Source: the human T2T-CHM13v2.0 reference genome, Homo sapiens. Taken from it: a DNA stretch of 64,000 bases. Below, one piece after another: positions 53,027-64,000 of the stretch. Within the stretch, counting starts at the first letter, position 1. Every line of letters starts with the position of its first letter. The stretch spans positions 8,608,001 to 8,672,000 of the forward strand of contig CP086569.2 in NCBI GenBank assembly GCA_009914755.4, given 5' to 3'. The position numbers and the translations under genes are program-made. A model generated the notes under the pieces. That model made no database searches and was not told where the DNA came from. It saw only the letters and a list, made by a program, of their open reading frames with translations.

Positions 53027-55508
53027 GACAGATGACACAGAAGGTACTTCCAACTCCATCCCAACATTTCCTTAATTGCACAAGCAGTCCATACCATGGC
53101 CCAGTGTTCAGGTGAAAGTACTCCAATGGGCAAGAACATTTGGAGTGCAAATTGGGGTCATTCTGTCAAACTCCCATTTTGAGGGCTTTCATACTGGGAG
53201 CCAAATGGGAATGAAATGGATTGATGCTGGGTGGGTTGTGACCTCCACACTTGACTCTTCTTTCTCTGACTTCCATGTTTCTTGTTGGCGCCAGTTTTCC
53301 TGTGTCTGGCTCAATAACTTACACAATAAATGTTTCTCAGTTCACAGAGAATGACCCTAATGGGAATCCATTGCATGAGTGTTTCCTTCTAAACACTGTC
53401 ACAATTTAATGACCGGGCAGCTTTCACACTTTTAAAACTGTAAATTCCCTTTACAGGAGCCAACAAGGAAATTCTTGTTTTTTCATTTCTGTTGGCATTC
53501 TGCGTGATTCCTGCAGGATGAGAAGCAGGCAGCCCTGTCTGGCTTTTGCCTGGTAATCTAGCCTCTGATTTTTTTTCATCTGTATGGTCTTCTCATTGAG
53601 GAGGGGTTCTTTCATTAGGTTGTGGCTGGATGGGACTGCCTCTCACCAAAGATTATTTTGCTTCCAGGGATTTCAAAGAGCAAAAGGGACTTTCAGGTGT
53701 CTGGCTGCACTCCAAGTTTGAGTCGTTGTCTCATTATGGGGCTAAGGTTGTTTGTAATTTGCAGGAGGCTTTTGGGACCTCTGACAGGAAGCATTGAACA
53801 TTACTTAAACTCCAGGTCAATGCAGCTCATTCTGTCAGGTGAGCACTGATTTTTCTTTGCTTTTATGGAAATCCACAGTGTCCTTCAACAGCTCTACTGG
53901 ACAATTCTTTCAGGCTTTCCATCATCAAAGATGACCTCTGAGACATGGTCTCTACCTCATCTTCACCCATAAGAGGTCAGTCCAAGGTGTGAGAACGTGG
54001 TTCAAACTTTGACTTGCCTTTGTCATGGTTCCTGCCTTTCTCAGAGAGCCCCTGCTAGGCATAGGATGATGGAGGCAGTGAGGTCAAGAGCCCAGATATC
54101 TTTGCTGAAAAATGCCTCTGGGGTCTCAGGTATGATGCTATGACCCAAAGAACCATCAACAACACACCAGATAGACTATATTCCAATCAGCAGGGGACTC
54201 GATTCTTGCACACACACATTCTCTTTTGGGAATGGAGTTCGAAGAGCAGTTTCCAGTGACCACCTCAGAGTCTCGAAACACCTCATCCTCCATGGGGACA
54301 TGACAACAGACATGGTCCAAATGGGCCCTGAGGTCGAGGCTTTTATTGTACTGCCATGGGTCTTCACAGGCAGCCTTTTTCTTGATACCAGGCCAGCTCC
54401 GACTGTACCATTTTCCTCTGCTTAGGCAGGCTGAACGCTGTTACAGCAGGACACATAAGCCTGTCTCAGGAATCCACATGAGCTACTCTCAGGGCACCAG
54501 TCCTGAGTGTGAACTCTGTCTAGAGTCACAGTGAATGTCACCGTTGCCTAGCAACAAGTCCCTGCAGCTTGGTGGAGAAGACTCCCAAGGAGGAGACCAC
54601 CATGGAGGTTCGTCGGCTGTGGTCTCTGACCTGTCTACTCTGTGAGATCCACAGGATAGTCCCATAATCCTAGGATAGGGTAGATGTGAGCCAGCCTGAA
54701 GAAACATCAAGAAGAGCCCCAGGAATAAACTGCCAAATCACTAAGGATCAAAAAGCATCTGCATGATGTCTAGATGTTGGAAGGGTGAGTTTTTTTGGTA
54801 CTTGCCTTACAGTGATTTTTAGGTACAGCCCATCTATTTTCCTTGGAGTTGCTCTGTCTCAGATGGGGCTTCCTGCATAACCCCGCAGCCTCAGGAGCTC
54901 ACAGGCTATTGTTTCTGTGGGATTGTTGCAAGTGTTGGATGTCTGCCTGTGTGTGTGTTATTGTGTGTTTGTGTGTGTATGTGTGCCGTTAAGTGGAGTT
55001 TGCTTAAAGGAATGTGGCTAGAGCACTTCAGCTGTTTCTCTTTTTTTTTTTTTTTTTGAATCTCCTAACCTTTTGGTGGCCTGTCTGTGTGGCTCTTTTG
55101 GGCTGTGGGGCTCTGTGTTATTTATTTTTCGTGAATCATGAATCCTCAGTGATTCTGGAGGCAGGCCAAACCTGCCGGTGACCAAGGTATCTCCCCGTGC
55201 AATAAAAGCCACTCTAAAAAGAAGACGAGAACACCATACCAAAAAAAAACAGACATTTCCAAGTTTTTCATTTTCCTGCAGCCAACCCAGGGAGAGACAC
55301 TATCAGTCCAGTTCTCAGGTCCCTATATTTACCTCGAATTCATTTCCTAGGTGAGCAGGTGCTACACATTGTGAGGGGACACTCCTTCCTTGTTTTGAGA
55401 TTTCATCCGGGCCATATAATATGAGCAGAAATAAGGTCAGATAAAGGTGAGGATAGAATCTGGTGACAAGGGGAAGGGGTCCCGCAACTTCCCCTGCAAA
55501 AAGAGAAA
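53027..55508 (+). repeat. Array unit, complete, 2482 bp
   Basis: Bounded by the landmark motif at 53027 and 55509. Confidence 0.9.
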
Positions 55509-57991
55509 GACAGATGACACAGAAGGTGCTTTCAATTCTATGCCCGCATTCCCTTAATTGCACAAGCAGTCCACACCATTGCCTGGTGTTCAGATGGGAG
55601 TACTCCTACATGCAAGGAACATGTGGAGTGCAAATTGAGGCCATCCTGGCAAACTCCCGATTTAAGAGCTTTCATACCTAGAGCCAAATGGCAGTGGAAT
55701 GGATTGATGCTGGGTGGGATGTGGCCTCCACACTTGCCTCTTCTTTTCCTGACTTCCATGTTCCTGGTCACCCTAGGGTTTCCTGGGTCTGGCTAAATGA
55801 CTTCCACACTAAACGTTTCCCTGTTCATGGAGAATGACCCTCAGTGGAATCCATTGCATGAGTGTTTTCTTCCAAACACTGTCAAGTTTTAATGACTGGG
55901 CAGTTTTGATACTTTTAAAACCATAAATTCCTGTTTCAGCCACCAACAAGGAAACTCTTATTCTCCCACTTCTATCAGAGGACTGCATGATTCCTGTAGG
56001 AGAAGAAGACAGCCGTGGGTAGGTTTTACCTGGTAATCTAGGCTTTGTTTCATTAAATCTTCAGGGCTGTCTGCCTGTGGAGGGGCTCATTCATTGAGCT
56101 GTTACTGGATGGGACTGCCTCTCACCACAGATTGCATAGCTTCTTGGGTTTTCAGAGAGCAAAAGGGACTTCGAGTAGGCTTACTGTGCTCCACATTTTG
56201 GTCTATGGTCACATTTAGGGGGCTGAAGCTGCTTGCACTTTGCAGTAGGCTTTTGGATCCCCTGACAGAAATCATTGAACATTGCTTGGGCTCCAGCACA
56301 AGGCAGCTCATTTTCTCAGGCAAGCCTTGTTTTTTTCTTGCTTTCATGGATAATCCACAATGCCCCTTAACAGCACTGCTGGACACAATTTTCAGGCTTA
56401 CTATCACCACAGACAGCCTCCGAGACACTGTGTCAACCTCATCTGCACCAAGGAGAGAGACCAGTCTGAGGTGTGAGACAACTGTTCCACCTTGGACTTT
56501 CCTCTGTCATGGTTCCTGACTTTTCCAGAGAGCCCCTGTGAGGCCCAGGATGAAGGGAGGCCATGAGGTCAAGCTCGGGCATCTTTCACTGATGCCCACC
56601 TCTGGGGCTTCAGGTATAATACTATCACCCAAAGAACCCCAACAACACAACAGACTCTATTCCAGTCTCCATGGGATCTGATTCTTCTGCACAGCCTCTT
56701 TCAGGAATAGAGCCAGAAGAGCATTTTACAGAGACCACCTCACAGTCTTGAAACGCCTCCTCCTCCAGCAGGACCTTACCATGGAGACGGCCCAAAGAGG
56801 CCCTGAGTTTTAGACTTTTAGGGTCTCGCAGTGGGTTTTCATAAGAATCATTTTTCCTGATACAAGGCTGGCTCTGCCTGTAGCATTTTCCTTTGCTTAG
56901 TTAGGCTGACAGCTCTGACATCTGGGTGCCAGAGCCTGCCTCAGGAATGTGCATGAGCTAGACTCACAGCACCATGCCTGAGTTTGAGTTCTGGCAAGTG
57001 TTACAATGAATGTCACTGTTGCCAAGAGACAAGTCCCTGCAGCTTGCAGAGAAGACCTCTGTGGGGATGCGCTGGTGGACTCTCACCTGTCTTCTCTGTG
57101 GGATCTGTGGAATAATCCCATGATCCTAGGAGAGGGAAGATGTGAGTGAGCAAGAAGAAATGTCAAGCAGAGCCCCAGGAATAAACTGCAAAATCCCTAT
57201 GGATCCAAAATCATCTGCAGGATTCCTTAGACCTGCCTAGACATTTTAGGGGTGAGTCTTTATGAAACTTGCCCCCCTGATATTTTTAGACAGAGCCTGC
57301 CTCTGTTCCCTGGGGTTGCTCTCTCCAAGGTGGGTCTTCCCACAGAAACACACAGCCTCAGAAGCTGCCGGGCTGTGTGTTTCTGTGGGAGTGTTGTGTC
57401 AGATTTCTGCATGGGTTTGTGTGGTATTGTGTCTTTGTGTGTGTGTGTGTGCCTGCAAATGGAGTCTGCTTAAAAGAATGTGGCTAACACACTTTAGTGC
57501 TTCTTTATTTGAGTCTCTCAACCTTTTGATGGCTTGTCTTTGTAGTTTTGATTTAGTTGCAGGGCTCTGTGTTCTCTATTTTTCTGTGGATCATGAATCC
57601 GCAGCGTTTTGGGAGGCAGGTTGAGACCTGCCAGCGTGCAAACCACCTCCCCCGGCAAAACAAAAAAACAAACAAAAAGCACTCTTCCAGAAAGAAGAGG
57701 AACACACCACACTAAAAAACAGACATCTCCCAGTGTTTCATTGTTCTGTGGTCAACCCAATGAGAGACACTAGCAGTCCTGTCCCCAGGACCTCTGGAAT
57801 TTCCCTTGAATTCGGTTCCCAGCTGAGCAGGTGCTTCAGGTCAAAGGGGCCACTCCTCCATCATCTTGGGATTTCATCCTGGCACAGAGCGTGAGCAGCA
57901 ATAAGGTCAGATAGGGTTGAGGATACAATCTGGTGAGGAGTGGATAGGTCCTACAACTTCAACTTCAAAAAATAAAATTTAAAAAAATGAA
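55509..57991 (+). repeat. Array unit, complete, 2483 bp
   Basis: Bounded by the landmark motif at 55509 and 57992. Confidence 0.9.
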
Positions 57992-58770
57992 GACAGATGA
58001 CACTGAAGCTACTTCCAAACCCATCCTTCCATTCTGCTAATTGTGCAAGCAGTCCACATCATGGCCTGTTTTTCAGGTGGAAGTAATGCAACGTTCAGGG
58101 AATATTTGGAGTGCAAATTGGGCCCATCCTGGCAAACTCCTGATTTATGGCTTTCATACCCATAGCCAAATGGGTTGGAATGGGGATGGAATGGGTTAAT
58201 GCTGGGAGGGGTTACCTCCTCTTTTCTTGACTTCCAGGTTCCTTGTCAGCCTAGTGTTTCCTGGATCTCGCCCAATGGCTTCCACACTAACCTTTCCCAG
58301 TTCTCAAAGAACTAACCTCATGGGAATCCATCACATAAGTGTTTCCTTCTAAACCCTGTCACTTTTTAATGACTGGAAGCATTTATAATTTAAAACCATA
58401 AATTGCTGTGACAGCCATCAACAGGGAAACTCTTGTTCTTTCACTTCTATCAGAGGGCTTCATTATTCCTGTAGGATGAGAAGCAGGCAGCTGTGTTTGG
58501 CTTTTGCCTGGTAATCTAACCTCTGTTTCACTTTTATTTGCATGGTCTTCTCATTGTTGAGTGGATCTTTCATTGTGTTCTTGCTGAATGGGACTGCCTA
58601 TCATCACACATCTTTTGGATGCCAGGAATTTCAGGGAGCAAGAAGGACTTTAGGTAGGCTGGCTATGTTCTGGGTTGTGGCTTGTGTTCTCATTTTGGGG
58701 GCTGAGTTTATTTGTACTTTGACAGACGCTTTTGGGTCTTCTGACATACCTTAGAATATTGCTGCATCTC

Positions 58771-59018
58771 CGCATATTTTCACTCATAGGTGGGAATTGA
58801 ACAATGAGATCACATGGACACAGGAAGGGGAATATCACACTCTGGAGACTGTGGTGGGGTGGGGGTAGGTGGGAGGGATAGCATTGGGAGATATACCTTA
58901 TGCTAGATGATGAGTTAGTGGGTGCAGAGCACCAGCATGACACATGTATACATATGTAACTAACCTGCACAATGTGCACATGTACCCTAAACATAAAGTA
59001 TAATTTAAAAAAAAAAAA
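58771..59018 (+). mobile_element. Very young, severely 5'-truncated L1 3' end (L1HS/L1PA2-like, 248 bp including A13 tail) with a perfect 17-18-bp target-site duplication (A)GAATATTGCTGCATCTC
   Basis: cgcatattttcactcataggtgggaattgaacaatgagatcacatggacacaggaaggggaatatcacactctgg…cctaatgctagatgatgagttagtgggtgcagagcaccagcatgacacatgtatacatatgtaactaacctgcacaatgtgcacatgtaccctaaa matches the L1HS 3'UTR almost base-for-base. Target-site duplication at 58752-58770 and 59019-59035. Confidence 0.9.
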
Positions 59019-59424
59019 GAATATTGCTGCATCTCTGGCACTAGTCAGCTTGTTCTGTCAGGCTAGCTTTGAGTTTTCTTTGCTTTCATCGGGGGGTCCA
59101 CATTGCCCCTCAACAGCACTACTGGACACCATTCCAGGCTTGTGGTCATCACAGACAGCCTCTGAGACACTGTCTCAATCTCATTTGCACCTGTGAGAGG
59201 CCAGTTTGAGGTGTGAGAACACTGCTCCAACTTGGACCTACTTTTGTCATGGTTCCAGCCTTTCCCCAAGAGCCCCTATGAGGCCAGAATGAAGAGAGGC
59301 CATGGGCAGTGGGAGGATGAGGTCAAGAGCCCAGCCATCTTTTGCAGACACCCGCTTCGGGGTCTCAGGTATGATTCCATCACCCAAAAACCCACAGAAA
59401 CTCATCAGACTATATTCCAATTCC

Positions 59425-60085
59425 CAGGGCATGAACAGAATTTGTTCCTTCTGGTAGGTTCTTGGTCTTGCTTACTTCAAGAATGAAGCTGTGGACCCTC
59501 AGGGTGAGCGTTATAGTTCTTAAAGATGGTGTGTCTGGAGTTTGTTAATTCAGATGTTCAGATGTGTCCAGAGTTTCTTCCTTCTGGTGGGTTCGTGGTC
59601 TCACTTAACATCAGTAGTGAAGCTGCAGACCTTCCCAGTGAGTGTTACAGCTCTTAAAGTTGGGGCCTCTGGAGTTGCTTGTTCCTCCTGGTGGGTTCAT
59701 GGTCTCCCTGACTTCAGGAGTGAAGCCACAGACCTTTGCAGTCAGTGTTACAGCTCATAAAGGTAGTGCAGACCCAAAGACTGAGCAGCAGCAAGATTTA
59801 TTGTGAAGAGCAAAAGAAGGAACCCTCCACACCATGGGAGGGAACCCCCGTGGGTGGCCACTGCTGGCTCAGGTGGCCAACTTTTATTCCCTTATTTGGC
59901 CCTGCCCACATTCTGCTGATTGGTCCATTTTACAGAGTGCTGATGGGTCCGTTTTTAGAGTGCTGATTGGTCCATTTTTACAGAATGCTGATCGGTGTGT
60001 TTACAATCCTTTAGCTAGACAGAAAACTTCTCCAAGTCCCCACTGGACCCAGAAGCCCAGCTAGCTTCACTCTCAATAGGACCTG
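59425..60085 (-). repeat. Solo LTR12 (HERV9 LTR) in reverse orientation, inserted into an array unit
   Basis: The reverse complement contains ccaatcagcactctgtaaaatggaccaatcagc and ctttatgagctgtaacactcac…gaaggtctgcagcttcactcctgaagtcagc, as in the HERV9 LTRs at 28.1 and 36.5 kb. It abuts unit sequence on both sides at the same unit offset (~1155). Confidence 0.8.
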
Positions 60086-60839
60086 ATTCTTACACACAGC
60101 CTCTTTTGGGCAAGGAGTCAGAAAAGCAGTTTCCAGCATCCAGCTCACAGTCTCAAAATGTGTCCTTCTTCAGTAAGGCCAGACCATGGAGACAACCCAA
60201 GGGAGCTCTAAGGTTGAGACTTTTAGTGTCCTGCAGGGGATTATCGCAGTCAGCCTTTTTTCTGATACCAGGCCAGCTATGCCTGTACCATTTTCCTCTG
60301 TTTAGGCAGGCAGAAATCTCTAACTGCTGGGCACCCGACCTCACCTCGCAAATTTGCATGTGCTAATCTCAGGGCAGGAGACCTGAGCTGTAAGCTCTGG
60401 AAGGTGTCACAATGAATGCCACAGTTGCCTAGAGACAAGTCCCTGCAGCATGGCTGAGAAGGAAACCTCCATGAAGATGGGTTGGCGGGAGACTCTCACT
60501 TGTCTTCTTTGTGGGATCCTCAGAATAATCCCATGATCCTAGGACAAAGCCGACGTGAACCAGCCTGAGGAAACCCCAAGAAGTGCTGCAGGAATTAACT
60601 GGGGAATCCCTAAGGGTCCAAAAGGATCTTCAAGATGCCTCAGTTCTACCTAGATGTTGTAGGGGTGAATCTTTTTGAAAATTGCCCCATTCTGTTTTCT
60701 AAGCACAGCCCACATGGGCTCCCCAGGGTTGCTGTCTCCGAATTGAAGCTTCCTGCAGTACCACGCAGCCTCAGGAGATGCTGGGCTGTCTTTTTCTGTG
60801 GGAGTGTTGTGATTGTCGGATGTCTGCATGTGTGTGTGG

Positions 60840-63800
60840 CTTTGTGTGTCTCCCTGTGGAAAAGATTGCTAATGTCTCTCCCTGGGTTGGCTGCGGAACA
60901 GTGAAACACTGGGAGATGCCTGTTTTTTGGTGTGGCATTTATTTATTTATTTGTTTATGTATTTATTTATCTATTTATATTTTGCAGGCAGAGGTGATTT
61001 GAAAGCCGGAGCGTCATGAAACACCTCCCAATTCACCGCGGATTCATGATCCACAGAAAAATGAAGAAAACAAAGCCCTGCAACCCAAGCAGAGCCACAC
61101 AGACAGGACAACACTAGGTTGGGAGACTCAAAAAAAAAAAAAAGAAGAAGAAGCGCTTACGTGTGTTAGTCTCATTCCTTTAAACAGACTCCACTTACAG
61201 GCACATGCACATATACACACACACACACACACACAAACATCCCACACTCGCTAGCCTCCCACAGAAGCACACAGCCAAGCAGCTACTGAGGATGCATGGT
61301 TCTGCAGAAAGCCCCATCTGGGAGAGGGTATCCTGTTGGAACACAGGCAGGATGTATCTAGAAATCACAGTGGGGCAAGTTTAAAAGAGACTCACCCCTA
61401 CAACATCTGTACAGGCTTGAGGAATCCTGCAGATATTTTGGATTCTTACAGATTTCACAGTTTATTCCTGGGGTTGTGCTTGAGGTTTCTTCAGTCTGGT
61501 TCACATCTGCCTTCTTTTGGGATCATGGCACTATCTGGAGAATCCAACAGAAAAGAGGTGAGAACACACTGCCATTGCACCTACATGGAGGTCTCCGCCG
61601 CCAAGCTGAGGGCCTTGTAGCTCGGCAATGATGACATTCGTTGTGACACAAGCCAGGGATCATAATCAGGCCTCGTTCCCTGAGTCTAGCACATGCACAG
61701 TCCTGAGGCAGGCAAGGATGCCCGGCTCTCAGAACTGTCAGCCTGCCTAAGCACAGGAAAATACTGCAGGCAAAACAGTCCTGGTGTTGCAATAAAGGCT
61801 GCCTGTGAACACCCACTGTGGGACACTAAATTTCTGCACGTCAAGGCCCCCTTGGGCCATCTCTGTCGTCTGGTCCCCTGGAGGAGGAGGCATTTTCAGA
61901 CTGTGAGGTGGTCACTGGAAACTGGTCTTCTGACTTTATTCCCCAAAGAGGCTGTGTGCAAGAATCAGGTCCCATGGGGATTGGAATATAGTCTGGTGTG
62001 TTTCTGAAGGTCCTTTGGGTGATAGAAACATGTCTGAGACCCCAGAGGTGGGTGCCAGTGAAAGACAGGCTCTTGACCTCACTGCTGCCCTTCATCCCGA
62101 ACCTCACAGGGGCTCTCTGGGAGAGGCAGAAACCACGACAAAGGCAAGTCCAAGGTGAAGCAGTGTTCTCACACCTCGGACTGGCTTATTGCAGGTTCAC
62201 ATGAGGTTAAGAAAGTATCTCAGAGGATTTCTGTGGCAGTGCAAAGTCTGAAAGGGTATCCAGTAGTGTTGTTGAGGGGCACTGTGTATTCCCCTTGAAA
62301 GCAAAGAAAAATCAAGGCTCGCCTGAGAGAAAGAGATGCCTTATGGTAGAGTACAAGCAATGTTCAATGACTCCTGTCAGAGGACCAAAAAGACTCCTGC
62401 AAAGTGGAAACAACCTCAGCCCCAACAAGGAGAAAACATCCCTCAACATGAAGGGCAGCCAACTTACCCGGAGTCCCTTTTGCTGTCTGAAATTCCTGGC
62501 AGCTAACTACTCTGTGGTGAGAGGCAGTCCCAAGCAGCAGCAGCCCAAGGAGGAACCAGACCCTCCACAATGAAAAGAACATGCAGATGAAGTGAAAAAT
62601 ATGCTAGATTATGAGGCAAAAAACAAACACGGCTGCCTGCTTTTCATCCTGCAGAAATCATGCAGCACTCTGATAGAAGTGAGAGAACAAGAGTTCCCTT
62701 GTTGGTGAATATAACAGGAATTTACAGTTTTAAAAGTATCAAATCTGCCCAGTCATTAAAGCTGACAGTGTTTAGAAGGAAACTCTCACACAATGGATTC
62801 CGATGAGGGTTATTCTCTGTGAACTGGAAAAAGTTTACTGTGGAAGTCTTTGAGCCATAACCAGGAAACCCTAGGTCAGTGAGAAACATGGAAGTCTGGA
62901 AAAGAAGAGGCAAGTATGGAGGTCATAGCTCACCCAGCATCAATCCATTCCATTCCCATTTGGCTCTGGGTATGAAAGCCCTCAAATCAGGAGTGTACCA
63001 GGATGGCCCCAATTTACACTCCAAATGTTCCTTGCCCGTTGGAATACTCTCATGTGAACACCGGGCCATGGTGTGGACTGGTTGTGTAATTAATTGAATG
63101 TAGAGATGGTGTTGAAAGCACCTTCTGTGACACCTGTCTTCAATCTTTTTGCAGTTGAAGTTGCAGGAACCCATCCACCCTTCTCCAGTTTGTATCCTCA
63201 CTCCTTTCTGAACTTATTACATCTCACACTCTATGTCCCAGAATAAAATCCCAAGATGATGGAGAAGTGTCTCCTCACAATGTGAAACACCTGCTCTCCT
63301 GGGAACCGAATTCAAGGTAAATTCAAGGGGGCACTGCAGACAGGACTGTGAGTTTTTCTCCCTGGGTTTGCCACAGGACAATGAAACACTGGGAGATGTC
63401 TGTTTTTTCATGTGGTGGGGGCTCCTTTTCTTTCTAGAAGATAGGTTTGTTTTGTTTTGTTCTGGTTTTTTGCAGGGGGAGGTGATTTGAAAGCTGGTGG
63501 GTCTTGCCCACCTCCCAGTTCAGACCCACAGAAAAATGAAGGACATGGAACCCCTGCAGCCCAAGCAGAACCACACAGACAAGTAACCAAAAGATTTAGA
63601 GACCCAACAACAACAAAAAAGCACTGAAGTGCATTAGCCACATTCCCTTAAGAAGTCTCCTCTTACAGGCAAACACACACACACACACAAGCACTCACAA
63701 ACACACAATGCAATATAGACCCGTAGACATCCAACACTAGCAACAATTCCACAGAAACATACAGCCCTGTAGACCCTGAGGCTGTGTGGTTCTTCAGGAA

Positions 63801-64000
63801 GCCATACCTGGGAGAGAGCTACTGCACGGACACAGGCCAACTCTATCTAGAAATCTCAGTGGAGCAAGTTTCAAAAAGACTCACCCCTACAAAACTAGGC
63901 AGGCCTGAGGAATCCCGTAGATCGTTTTGGATCCTTAGGGATTTTGTGATTTATTCCCGGGACTGTGCTTGATATTTCTTAAGGCTGGTTCACATCTACC
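60840..64000 (-). repeat. Array units in inverted orientation, ~1.3 units running to the window edge; head-to-head with the direct array
   Basis: From ~60845, the sequence is the reverse complement of unit offsets ~2290 and downward, for example ccctgggttggctgcggaacagtgaaacactgggagatgcctg, which is the reverse complement of cagacatctcccagtgtttcattgttctgtggtcaacccaatgagag at 57730-57775. The reverse-complemented landmark motif (ccttctgtgacacctgtcttc) lies at ~63130. The same inverted segment recurs at 63357 (period ~2475). Confidence 0.85.

Larger units (their letters stand above)
38130..60840 (+). repeat. Macrosatellite-like head-to-tail tandem array, period ~2.45-2.48 kb, at least eight units in direct orientation, interrupted by HERV-K(HML), ERV-pol, L1 and LTR12 insertions
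   Basis: Landmark motif (a)gacagatgacac(a/t)gaag…cttaattgcaaaagcagtccacaccatggcc recurs at 38297, 50575, 53027, 55509 and 57992 (spacings 2452, 2482 and 2483 bp). Long collinear blocks between units are ~85-90% identical, for example …ccatcaccacagacagcctctgagacac… and …tgtgaggcccaggatgaagggaggc…. Confidence 0.9.

Noticed and set aside
59440-59790. Apparent three-fold tandem ~110-bp repeat (…ttctggtgggttcgtggtctc…agtgaagctgcagacc…gagtgttacagctcttaaag…)
   Set aside because: This is the internally repetitive R/U5 region of a reverse-oriented LTR12, seen in the same form in the HERV9 LTRs at 28.5-28.7 kb. It is not an independent minisatellite.
38130-64000. Identification of the 2.5-kb array as the DAZ 2.4-kb repeat array or the 2.2-kb 5S rDNA array
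   Set aside because: No DAZ-repeat exon motif and no 5S rRNA sequence (GTCTACGGCCATACCACCCTG…) is present in any unit.

Overview
This window is primate (almost certainly human) nuclear DNA, not microbial, so there are no operons, CRISPR arrays or phage systems to report. The evidence is multiple Alu SINEs carrying the GGCCGGGCGCGGTGGCTCA...GCCTCCCAAAGTGCTGGGATTACAGG signature, L1 ORF2 and 3'UTR sequence, and endogenous retroviruses. I found no convincing cellular protein-coding exon. The first ~38 kb is AT-rich intergenic or intronic-looking sequence with scattered retroelements: a 5'-truncated L1PA element (4.1-7.5 kb) carrying a nested AluY with a perfect 12-bp target-site duplication, at least eight further Alus, several polypurine/polypyrimidine microsatellites, a ~4.8 kb GC-rich block (17.45-22.28 kb) of unknown function, a twin-priming-type inverted L1 3' fragment, and a full-length but defective HERV9 provirus (28,082-37,213) with LTR12 LTRs and a 4-bp GTTC target-site duplication. 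The second half (38.1-64 kb) is the most interesting part. It is a macrosatellite-like tandem array with a ~2.45-2.48 kb period. At least eight head-to-tail units share a landmark motif at 38,297, 50,575, 53,027, 55,509 and 57,992. At about 60,840 the array switches abruptly to inverted orientation, a head-to-head junction. The array has taken several retroelement insertions: a 5'-truncated, pol-deleted HERV-K(HML)-like provirus (44.16-48.90 kb), a very young 248-bp L1 3' end with an 18-bp target-site duplication, and a solo LTR12. The first ~100 bp of every unit looks homologous to the C-terminal end of a class-I ERV integrase, and the first unit still carries ~1.1 kb of RNaseH/integrase sequence. 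This suggests, as inference, that the array arose by tandem amplification of an ERV internal segment. I could not identify the array with a named macrosatellite from memory (SST1/MER22-type is one candidate). All coordinates are approximate to within about 10 bp.
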